Source of the DNA: Tubiluchus corallicola
Lineage: Eukaryota; Animalia; Priapulida
Direction of reading: 5' to 3'
DNA length: 64,000 nucleotides
Assembly (NCBI GenBank): GCA_030141605.1
Contig: JAQGDQ010000879.1
Span: 1 to 64,000, forward strand
The position numbers and the translations under genes were made by a program. The notes under the pieces are model-generated. The model was not told the DNA's origin. It made no database searches and saw only the letters and a program-made list of their open reading frames with translations. Below, one piece after another: positions 52,832 through 64,000 of this stretch (positions are counted from its first letter, which is position 1; each line of letters begins with the position of its first letter).

Positions 52832-52949
52832 CAATGATATTAGAGGGTCTTAATTTACAATTTTTATTTAGTTTCCAGAAGATTCAATATAATTTTGTTT
52901 TTTATTGAGAGATGGAACTTTTTCCACATCAGAAATTGCTGCACATCCT

Positions 52950-53190
52950 GCAGCTGCTGCTACTACTGTTGTTACTACTGCCACAGTAGTTGCTGCTCTT
53001 AATACTGCTACTATTGCAACTACTAATACTGCTATTGCTACCACTACCACAATTCTACTGACTGCTACTGTTGCTGCTGCTGTTGCTACTACTACTACTA
53101 TTACTACTGCTACAACCACTATCACCACCACTACCACTATACCACTCCTATTACTACTACCACTACCACAACTACTACCACACTACTATT
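52950..53190. repeat. Degenerate trinucleotide repeat (CTA/CTG/TTG/CCA)n
   Basis: Directly visible. It explains the poly-T/A, poly-V and poly-L ORFs. Confidence 0.92.
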
Positions 53191-54289
53191 TTTTCCTCTA
53201 TTCATTGCCACCTTAAGCACAAGAAAATATTTAGTTGTAAGTTTTGTCTTGTTTTTGCTATATTTTTTTAAAAATGACATTTAAAATTACGTTTCCATAA
53301 CAAAAAGGGATTTATTCCAATCTTTACTGTTTTGAATGAAAAAGACACTCAGCTTTCGATGTTTATTTATCTACTTAAACTTAGAAAACAACTCTGACTT
53401 AAACACTTTTAGATTTTAGATCTTGTGACAACTTATCTCAGTGAGTGTATAGCGCGTTTTCGACCTAAGCTTTGCAGCAGCATCGTAATAGAAGGAAAGC
53501 ACGTTGAACTATTTTCCCAAGTTATGTAGATAAAGAAATAACAAAAGCTGAATTCCTTCTTCGTTTTAAGAAGTAAATTTGGAGCAATTTTCTTTTCATT
53601 GTTACTGAAATACAATTTTAATATCACATTTTTAAAAAGTTCATCATATATAAAGCATAAACCTTACAACTAATTCCTTTCTTGTTTATAAGCTACATAT
53701 ATTCATTGGTAAAGTGTTAAATTTTTTATGCCTTTTTCAAATTTTTGTTTTATTAAAGAATTCGCAAGTAACTTTTTCCATGGACGATACTGCTCTTTTT
53801 GTACTTTTACTTTGATTAAACTTTTACATGTGTGTTTTACCCATTTTGTCGAAAGTCGAAAAGACCGTTTTCTTGTGCGCACGGCTCAGCTGCCTTTTTA
53901 TTTTAGACATTTTGAAAGTGTTGCTATTACAGCTGAAATTAATAGGCTTTCATAGATCTTGCAGAGCAGGGGGCGCATGCCGATAAAATATTATTTTATG
54001 CATTAGTCAATGATTTTGATCAGGTCCACCATACATTAATAAACTGACGTTTTACAAGGGAAGTAACTTGCGCTACAGTTCTCAGTCTTAACGTGTAAGT
54101 TTCGCGTCTGTATATTTACGATTTTGCTACAACTTTTCTAAGGCGTTTGGGAATTTCGGGACTCGGCGAAACATCAAACTTGCTAAAGTCGTAATAAGTG
54201 AAGATAGTGCTCTTTGGGAATTAACACAATTCATAATAATTGAAAGCAGAGGAAATATAAAGCCTTGAGACAAGACCGTACAGAAAAAG

Positions 54290-54348
54290 ATGGCAAACGT
54301 GGCTACGCTTTTGGTTAAAAGAGGTTCTAAGCTGACCTTTACTCCAGG
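54290..54348 (+). CDS. Candidate alternative first coding exon (MANVATLLVKRGSKLTFTPG, phase-2 donor)
   Basis: AAAAAGATGG start context, 19 codons plus 2 nt, donor GG|GTAAGA followed by AT-rich intron-like sequence. Contains a KRGS PKA-type motif. Confidence 0.5.
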
Positions 54349-55994
54349 GTAAGAATTTACAAAATTATCACATGTAATAATTTATTTTTATCGTTTTACT
54401 TAAGCTGTAATACTACATTTTCTGCTGTCTTACTATAGCGTAAGCTTGACGAACGTTCTTATGGCTATTTTCTACAACATTACCGTTATTACCACTTAAG
54501 TCATTGTCGTTACTGAGACTGTCGTCATTATTGCAAAATCGCGACAATGCCTAATGCAGCGAATATGGCTTCTGAAAAGGTCTAATGAAAACAAAAGCAA
54601 GACTTTCGAGTTTTTTTATTTCAGATATATATTACACTTAATGAATTAAGGTATACTAGATAGTAAACTAGAATTAACTTTCTTTATAATGACGTTTTGC
54701 TAAAATAACTAGGATATAAGATAATTATGCAAGCCCGAGTTATAACTAACTTTTTTAATTAACTGTTACAGTAACCTAATACAAAGAATATAAACCTCAT
54801 TAGAGCGTTGAGCCATCAGAACTGCAATTGCATCTAATATGTATATATTAATCTTGTGCTCTTCCTGTGATCTGTTGAATCATAATCATACACAACCTGG
54901 AAATAACGATAACACGTCTCATGCCTTACTTGTGTCTTCCGTCTAGCATACTTTTGTAGAAAAATAGTATACTTTTGTAGAAAAATGTCACGAAAGGTGG
55001 CAGCACCAATTAGAGAAGCCATAGTGAGAGATGCTTACACAGCTTGAGTTTGTCAACAAATTTACCATGCTGTTTTAGGATTTTGTTTCGTTTTTGCCTC
55101 GGCTATAGATAATTTCATTACCAGCATTCTTTAATAAATTTCATAACGATGTCAGTTAAATAGACTATTATGATTAGTATTATTTAGTATTGTTATATTA
55201 AACGCTGGCTTTAAACGTAGCATTGTCCGCTTCACCGGCGTTGGTATGTCGTGATTGTGAAAACGATGTCATAGATCGAATTATATCGAAGCTTTGTAGA
55301 CTGATTACCAATCAATAATTTATGATTGTGATAATACTGTACCTTTGCTCGTTCTACCTGAATTTATAATGACTAAGCTTTTGCGATGTTTTTCATGATG
55401 TGACAGGCTGATGGCTGTTACCGGCTTTCCTAGAATTCTAATGCCTCAAAGATTCTTGCACTTTGTTGAATATAAAGCAAATAAATTTACTTCCAATTTT
55501 ATGTGGTAAATGACTAACTAAATACATGTCATACATTATGGATTTTTCTAACTGGCTTCTGTGTGTTTAGCTTCTAGTCACACAAATGCACGGGGACGGT
55601 GGTGAATGTTTAGCTGTATAAATTTTCGGCTATAAATTTGCACAGTCTCCACACAAAGCAATTCATAAATCATAATGCTTCCCGCGCAGGCTTCATTTCT
55701 AACAGATTAGGTTCGCCATACAGGTATTACGCTCGAGCATGCACGAGGTTTATACCGAGCAGAGCTTTTATGAAAATCGATAATCTGTTGAAAATTTATA
55801 GCGATAATTAAAAAGTAATCACTTTTATCCGTACGATGGCATTAATGTCAAATTCGTGCTGATAAATTTGCATGTAAAGAAACCTAGAGGTTACATTGTT
55901 TTGCAATTTTAAAAACATTCTTTACAATCGATTCTTTGTCAAAGGTACAATGCCAAATCCAAGTTACTTTTTAACGACGCAACAGAAGTATTAT

Positions 55995-56640
55995 ATAATT
56001 CTTATAATAATAAGTTCATTTATAGTCATTACAGTCAAAAGGCTTGAATTACAGTACAGTACAGCATAAAATTACAACATTTTTAAAAAGAATAAGCCAG
56101 TTAGAACATACAGCGTTAACGAAATAAATTAAAATTAAATGAACCAAAACTAGAGTTTGAAAATTAAATAAGCCATATAAGGTAAAACAAACTGTTCTTG
56201 AATCTCTCTGTTCTGATTCTAGGTAAGGGGTATTTCAGATGGTGACGAGTACTATACATATGAGTATGGGCATCTGGCAATAGAGTGTGGATTTTATTAT
56301 TAGGATTTTGAATTGATGAGGACAACTTTTTGCAAGAACTTCGGCGACGGTTAAATAAAGGTTTAAGATTACCCAAAATTAGAGCATTTGCATTAGAGCA
56401 TTAGTTTTCATTTGGAAAATTTATTTTCAATGAGCGCTTTTGAACTGTTTCTAACAAATCAGAGAGATTTTGTGAAAGAGATGAGTGCCATACCTGACAA
56501 GCGTATTCAACACCTGGCCCAATCACGGTGCAGTACATTTTTATCATATCATTAGGAGATGTCTCAGCTCTTTTCATTAGTCGCAAAGGGTGAATTCTTT
56601 TACTCGCTTTAGCATAAATTGAATGGACATTGATGATTCA
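55995..56640 (-). mobile_element. 5'-truncated, inactivated CR1/L2-group LINE (ORF2 C-terminus plus 3' UTR)
   Basis: One frame reads NVHSIYAKASKRIHPLRLMKR...MYCTVIGPGVEYACQVWHSSLSQNLSDLLETVQKRSLK...N*CSNA...RIRTERFKNSL, with an in-frame stop at 56401-56403. EYA..VW, LE.VQKR and RTERFKNS are standard post-RT motifs of L2/CR1-group LINEs. Confidence 0.92.
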
Positions 56641-58014
56641 TTTTTTATTCATTCCGATGGGATGGATAAATTCTAGAGAATTTGCTAAACTAACAGTCTC
56701 TCTGACGAGACGACGCATTTGTGCACTCATAGAAACACCAGTCGTGCGCATTTGTCTAAGTAGTATCTGAATATTTATTTATTTTTGTTACGAATTTCGT
56801 AATCGTTTTCGTGTTGATAAAGCATAGAAAGTGCCCTATTCAACTTCACTAACTACTGCAAATTTGCATAACAGTCGACTCCTGAGCTCAATCTGCAGCC
56901 ATGTGCAAAAGTAAGATTGAAATTGGATTTGATAGTGTTAATGTGGCTGTTTTGTGTTCTGTCAACCGATCGACACTTGTAGCATTCCGGGCGAGAACGC
57001 ACCTCGATAACGCTAATGCCGACACGAAAATCTAGTTCGCGTGAAGTCACAGAAAAATGTCACAATTAATTTTGGTTAGGGGCTAAAGTTAGGGTTAAGG
57101 TTGGGAATATTTCTTTTTTCCCCTGAACTTTTTACCTACTGGATCTGTAGTGTATTGCATTGTATTGTATTGAATGGGTGTTTTATTTTCAGAACTTTTA
57201 TACTGTTTTGGTATATGGCTGTATCATACTGTGTTACCATTGAGCCAAACGTCAAAACCTCTTACTTCAGTGCAAATTGATGAGGCGCTATTTGTTATTG
57301 TCTACCAGAGTTTATGAGAAGAAATTCTTACCATTGATCTCTTGTTACTACCTGAAAAAAATATCACTTCTCCATGTATGGTTCTGATGCTCAGCACACT
57401 TCTGCTACTTCTTTCATTCAAAACCAAAACAAAAGCATTAATGATGTCAAGATCTAAATAAGCAACTTACCAATATGACAACTTGCGCACTAATGCAGAA
57501 TTCATTTACCCAGGCCATACTAAACGACTTAATTTTATTGATAGTCAGTTTATAAATACATAATATATTTAAAGTTCAAGTTTAAAGTTATATTTTAGTA
57601 TTTTTTTGCATCTGTAGTTTAGTTTTTGTACTGACGCATTTGCCTCCAACTACATATATTTTTTAACTATCACTGATTGAGCATCTTAATATTTTGTTAT
57701 GACTCTCAATATATTATGGTAAATAAAGGTGTTACTTACTTTTTTACTATCTCATTTACAAAATCCAAGAGGTCATGTGTCCTCCCTTCCCTTCAAACAA
57801 AAACTAGCAACAGAAAGTGTTTCTAATCAAATTCCAAATTTCTCAATCAACCCACGTCACTCCGAATAAGGATTATAAACTTACAGTTAATTACATACTA
57901 AGAAATTGATATAACCATTTTTTCTGAACCAACTTAAATCAGTTGGTAATCTAACTGATTATCTCAGGAGATTTTCGTTTCGCGCTATGTCTGACTCTGT
58001 TATCCTCAAGTAAA

Positions 58015-58112
58015 CTATGCCGAATCTAATTTTCTGAACCTATGCGGAATCTAATTTTCTGAACCTATGCGGAATCTAATTTTCTGAACCTATGCGGATT
58101 CTAATTTTCTTA
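58015..58112. repeat. 25-bp minisatellite, about 4 copies
   Basis: CTATGCGGAATCTAATTTTCTGAAC starts at 58015, 58040, 58065 and 58090. Confidence 0.95.
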
Positions 58113-61100
58113 CCTTAGGCTTGCGTAATCGCCATGCCCTCTTAAGCAGGCTTCATACTCTTAAATTATAATTGATTAGGCAATTGACACCTGCTGACCG
58201 CGCACGTGGATTGTATATAATACTTATACGACAGCAGCGGTAATTAATACACCCGAGAATTAAAGGACAAAGATGACACAACGTAACTACTATCTAAAAA
58301 GCTGTTCAAGTGTTAACTGCGTTGGCAAACCAGTGGTCAAACGACAACAAATTTGCACATCAATGAAATCAGTTATTATACTACGTGAAAAATGCGCGTG
58401 TTACTGATTATTAGTGGTGGATAGGATTTTGCATCAGTAAAGTAGAATAATGAAGTGACATGAGAAATGGTATACGAGATAATGACTTTTCATGTTTTCC
58501 TAGAGAAGCGTCATGTTGGAATGTTCTGCAAATTTCCTTTTATCCCTTTAACCTGAACTGGAGCCGTCTGGTGCGCCAAGCACTGAGATATCTTAGAAAC
58601 TATTAACTTTTTAAGGATTATTGATGATGACGATGATTAATCTTTTATTTTAAAATAGCTCTTAGGCACTCATTCTGTGCGTGGCTTTAATACGCCTTAG
58701 TTTTTAAAATAGGCAAATATAACATATTTTGAAATGATAGCATTTAGACATGTTGGTTTTCTCCTCTTGAAAGATTGTTCTGGTGGGTAAACTCCTGTTT
58801 TCACAATGTCTGAATTGGCTACATTTAGTGTCAACTTCATGGATATATTCTCTGCTAAAATGTTCAATAGTGGAAAACCGCACGATGAAAGCTTAATCCA
58901 GTGGGTGTTTTTAACACAGCATATATAAAATCATCAAACTTGTTGGTATTATTAACAGCCTATCAACCAGTGCTGCGGTGCAATATTATTGGTAATACAG
59001 TAATTTCAAATAAGTTGTTATAGTGGGAGTGTTAATGGATGGTATTTACGGCAATACTGTTTAATAGCCGATGCCATACATTTCCTTTTAATACAATAAA
59101 TATTGGCACATACTTTACATTACAATGACATACATGCAGCAAAACAACAAAATACAAAAGTTCAAAACCGAGCTATTAAATTATAACTGTAATATAATGA
59201 TGTAAATATGCCCATGAAAGTTTAGATCTTTGTCAATAAAAACACTAAGAATGAGTCAGTATAAACAAGAATTCTTCGGCAGTTAAATTGAAAGTTATCA
59301 GATCTTCTCCTTTTGATGAAGTTATGATGGCATGTTAGTAAGCAAACTGTTGATTTGGTGAGGACAGAAAGAAAGACCTTGGACTTGAGGAACAGGAAGA
59401 GTTGACAAACCCTGTGCAAAGAGGAGCTTTATTGCTCACTGCCGAGCAGGCAAACCAATCTGTGAATTCCTGCATTGTTTATCCATGTATTCTGAAGTCA
59501 TTTGTTTAATTACATAATTGGTTACATAATTGGTAATGTTGTTAATGTTGTTGACACCTTGTTTTTATTTGGCTTGTTCTAGTTTCGTTCATATGTATAG
59601 TGATTAAAAGTACAGGGACCACACAATGTAGCAGTAATTGTTACAGAGTGTGTTCTTGTGTTAAATCTTAAAGGTGTGAAATTTCATCCCATTTCTCTTC
59701 AGTCTCTTAAAGCGAATTAATTAAAATTAAATCTTCTCTACTCCATTCAACATGTGCATTATGAAGTGAAGTCATGGACACAGCTCTGAAGTTTTATAAA
59801 ATACCGGCTGTTGCAATAATTAAATATTAATGTGGTTGTTGTGTCGGGCAGGCTTCTGCTGCAATTTAATTTGTTTCATATTGCTTTACATTACCTTAAG
59901 CAATTATGTATGAAGGCGTTCGATAGAGTAAACATCTGAACGCGTGGATTTGTCAACTCAGATCTAATAAGGTTTGCGCTGAGTAATATTAGTATTTAGA
60001 TTGAAGGTTTTGTATACATTGAGAACCAGAGATGATCCTGGCAGACTATGCATATTAATGGCAAAGGCGGAAAGACTATACGCTGTAGCTCCTTAGGCTT
60101 CATTTGAGGATTTCTTAATTAAGATAGAGCTCTATGAAACTAGATCGTTCGTCGAATAATTAAGCAACATTGTACACGCAACTGTCAAGTTTTAAAACTT
60201 GTCTAAATTTGTTTAAATTGAACTATTAAAAAGTATATAAAAATAATAACAAGAGAACTTTCTGGGTAAAAGCATAACAAATTCAGTAAAATATTTACAT
60301 TACTACTGTAAAAATCATTATTCGTCAACAGTCAACAAAAGTGAGTAAGTAATAGATTTTTGTAAAGACAATTACAACACCGCTCAACTGTAAAACGGAT
60401 AATGCGTCTAATTGTAAGTAAAAACTTACGCCATACATACATAAACAAAATAATGTGCAAAAGAACCATTTTCGACAAAAAGATATTTGTTTGAGTAGAC
60501 GAAATTACACTTTTATGCAAAAATTACAAAAGAATTTAAAAAAAACATGAAAGAGTATATAAGTGAGTTTTTCAGTATTGACAGGTCGTCTTTCTCCTGC
60601 GTGTGGTGAACGTTAGATGAATATTTTAGTTAGTGAACAAGTTAAAACTAATGATCACTGTATAGAATGTCAAGTTTTATATTTCTGTTACGCAAAAAAC
60701 ACGACTGTTACAAGCCATTGTGTTACAAATAGCTTGAAACAAGGAGATCGATGATGCATGCTTGTGGTAAAGACCCTAGCGACTGTAATTTGTGTGTCAC
60801 GTAATGTTGCATGAATTATTTTCTGTAAAAGCGACCGTATTTCAACCATAACCACTCTGTAAATAATCGCGCTTATGTCCATATAAATGGCTCTCCTACG
60901 CAAAGGATTAAAAATGATGAAAAGTTTTCATTAGCTCGCTGCTACAAGCTTCATCCACGTACAATGTGTCATAATTTTAACGTGCCATCGATCAAAGAAT
61001 AACCGGTGCAACCCGTTAATTAGTTTGTAATTTTTGTACAGCTAACCGAGCCAGCGTGGGCTTCATCTAGTAGTATGGCGACTAGCGCATCCTTCGAGTA

Positions 61101-64000
61101 ATGTACTGAAATTGGCGCAGTTCGAGTGCGATTCACAGAAAAATCCAACGCTGCAGCAACGTAACACTGAAACGTTGCGTGGTGTTGCCAGTTAAACAAA
61201 ACAAGTATATAATTTGAAAACTGATATTAAACAATACTTTTGTTGAGAAGTTATAAAATCATAAGCCCCGGGCAATTTGAGTAAAATAATGCTCAAAAAG
61301 TTAATAACTTGACGCTCAGATGGGGTAAGTTGAGTAGGTAGGAAGGTAGAGAGAAAAGTAAGTCATTATAGGGCAGGGCAGGAACAATCAATTTAATGAC
61401 TGAAGCACAAGAAAAGGAAATTACAGCAGTGTATCAGATAAGAGTTCGATAGTCTCTAATGATTAGCGATCACGGTTGCAGCGACTATCAATTTTCTGTA
61501 ATCATGTGAAGTACTCAAATTGATTGGGCTTGTATTTAGGCAAGAGTTCTTGGAATCATTGCTAATGAATGGAGGAAGAGCGGTTTGCTGGAATGCATTA
61601 GATCAAAGTGGCTAGATTAAAGTGGATTCATGTATTTCTGAGACTGAATTCTTGCATTGTTCTCCAGGCAAATGGTTGTCTGCCATACTTTACGCAAAAG
61701 TCGCGTCTGCTATATTTCTTCTGAACTGAGAAAAAACATTGAAATTTAAACAGGTCAACAAAGTTGTGAAAACAGAACATAGAAAATATACTACAGCTAT
61801 ATTATAACTCATTGTCATTTGTCAATTTTGAATACTGCAGCACGATGACATTCTCTGTATTATTTATTCCCCTCTACGTTCTAGAGCGCAAGTTGGTAAT
61901 TTATATAAAATTTTGTACATTACTAAAACTAATGACATACATGTGCTTAAAATTTGAATGCTTTGAGTATAATTGTCAAAATATTTTCTAACAAAAACTT
62001 GTTGTTTAACGATTTTTTCTTTCTGTTGAAATCTTCATGTACTATTTAACTAGGCACTTTAATAATCATCTAATGAAACGTGCGTATTCAAATAATTTAT
62101 TAAATGAACTGGGTGACATTTTCCCAATGACAGCAAACACGCCAGAAGACAATAACTTTTTAGAATTAAAATAAAAAGGTCTAATCAGTAGAAATTAAAT
62201 GCAATCTAGTAATCTGTACGTTATATATGTGTAAAATGTTTAATTTTATAATCAGTGCTTTGTTTCAATATGCACAAGCGCATGTTTGTCTATACCCGTT
62301 ATCTATTAACTAACCTTTGATAGTTTAATAGTTTAGTGTCAATTCGCGAGTTTTAGGTCTTTCGACTTCAGTGTGCTTCATGAATGTCACAAAAGTATTT
62401 TAACGCTTTATTTTTTTCATTATAATACTGCTACACTAGCATAGCATGACTTACATACGCTATGCGAAAAAAACGTGATTTATCTTTTGATTGCGAATGA
62501 CTAAGGAAGGAAACAATCGTTAACAAGGTACCTGTAACGATGTATAGATAATCATCTAAGATGGATAATTTAAATTGATACAAAATATACGCGAAGTCCC
62601 CTCGCTCCATGGGACTTCTGTGCTTATAAAAACACAATCTTCTCAAACAGTTAATAAAATGTGAAGACAAACGATAACTTACCCAAGTTTCTAAACGCCA
62701 TACATAGGATAGACATTAAAGATGGCTTCCCAGCGCAGGAGAAAAACGATGCCTATTGAGTTAAAAATATTTTTAAGTTCGATTAAAACAGATTTGGCCA
62801 AGTGAACCGGTTAATTGGTTAAAAAATTATACATATTTATATGATTAAAATCTTTTAAGCAGTTGAAAGCTAACTAAATTGGTTTTACAGGTCTTGAGTA
62901 GGACCTGTAACGACCATACTCACACTGAATATGCATGGGAGAAGTGGGTAATTTGTCACTGCTGCGTCCCGCCCAACGGCGCTGTGATCGTACTGTGATC
63001 GGGATATATTTTTTTCACACAGGTCCAATCCCGCATCACGAACGAACTACTCAAGTCTGAAAAATTGCAGACGACTATAGGTCGAGGTTTTATCACTTAA
63101 GTTTGAAAAAATTAACAAAAAAACTTGCACAAAAGCTGTCTATAAACCATAAAGTTAATTTATACTACCGCTGCACATAAATTTTCATGCGCGATGGTAG
63201 CCCTCCGTTCACTTGAAAATCGTGACGTAACTGGTGGACTTCGTGACCTTCCATAAGCGCGCACTTCTTAAACTAATTCAATTAGTTTTTAGTAATTCGA
63301 TTTTACCTATTACACGAAACACTCATCACACTCTTATTACTAAATCCTCCTAACATTTTCCGTGGACATTGAAATAAGCCCAGCTTCCCAGAAGGCTTGA
63401 CCTTTCCTTTAACCAATTATGGCAGTTCATTAGATAAGTGAAATTTCAACTCGACCAGCCTTGGCGTAGACAAAAAGCACGAGTTAAGCAAATGTAAAAG
63501 TAAAACAAATAAACTTGTTCATTCTTGCACTACAGTAACATCTCTGTTAATTAGTTGTAAATTAACAAAACGAAAAAAACAGTTCAAATATTTCATTCCA
63601 GTCTCCACTTTACAGTACTTAACTGACAAAAACTAATTATGTTTACTTAGTAAACTATGATCATCAGTAGCAGAAATGGTTTCATGAAGAACTGGAAAAT
63701 CAATCCTGGTTTTTTTTCATTTAATGTTGTTGTTTTCGAGGAATGCGTTTGTAAAGGCTTTTCTTACTAATGTAGTACTTTTTATCTATGTTTTCACTGA
63801 TCGAATTACATCTAATCTCCAGTGTAATGACTAATGAGTTATCCATTCATGGAACTGGATGTATGCGTGTGAAACGCTGGAAATTTTCAGGTCGATTTTG
63901 TTATTCTTTACTCGAATACAAACATGATTCTGTTCAGATGACGTAGCTCAGCGATTTTTTGCCAAACAGCCACATTTTCTCCTAACTATATTATATTATT

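Noticed and set aside
52868-53271. Thr/Ala-rich mucin-like, poly-Val and poly-Leu ORFs
   Set aside because: Degenerate trinucleotide repeat that is open in several frames on both strands, with no convincing splice signals.
57073-57105. Telomere-like TTAGGG variants
   Set aside because: Only a few imperfect units; not an interstitial telomeric array.
62891-62947. Possible shared downstream exon (TTTTACAG|...GG|GTAATT, 57 nt)
   Set aside because: Phase-2 entry hits TGA at the second codon. As a first exon it gives only MHGRSG with a weak donor.

Overview
AT-rich, gene-sparse eukaryotic (invertebrate-like) genomic DNA. There is no prokaryotic gene organisation, CRISPR array, rRNA or convincing tRNA. 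The only long ORF (25726-27459, + strand, 577 aa, Ser/Arg/Pro-rich) looks like one large coding exon: a TTTCAG acceptor lies just before the ATG, and its stop codon is formed by a phase-2 splice donor (AC|GTAAGA). Five further short ATG-initiated ORFs on the + strand (13911, 16844, 35578, 50193, 54290) also end at good phase-2 donors. The best reading is that the window is the 5' region of one large gene with an array of alternative first coding exons; the shared exons were not found and probably lie downstream of the window. Perfect CRE palindromes lie about 0.5-1.3 kb upstream of several of these exons. The rest is intron-like DNA containing two 5'-truncated CR1/L2-type LINE ends, TTAA-flanked piggyBac-like and Kolobok-like non-autonomous elements, a Harbinger-like MITE family, Helentron/DINE-like fragments, two hairpins, and many micro- and minisatellites. 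Gene identity and repeat family names are inferences from motifs read by eye; no database search was possible.
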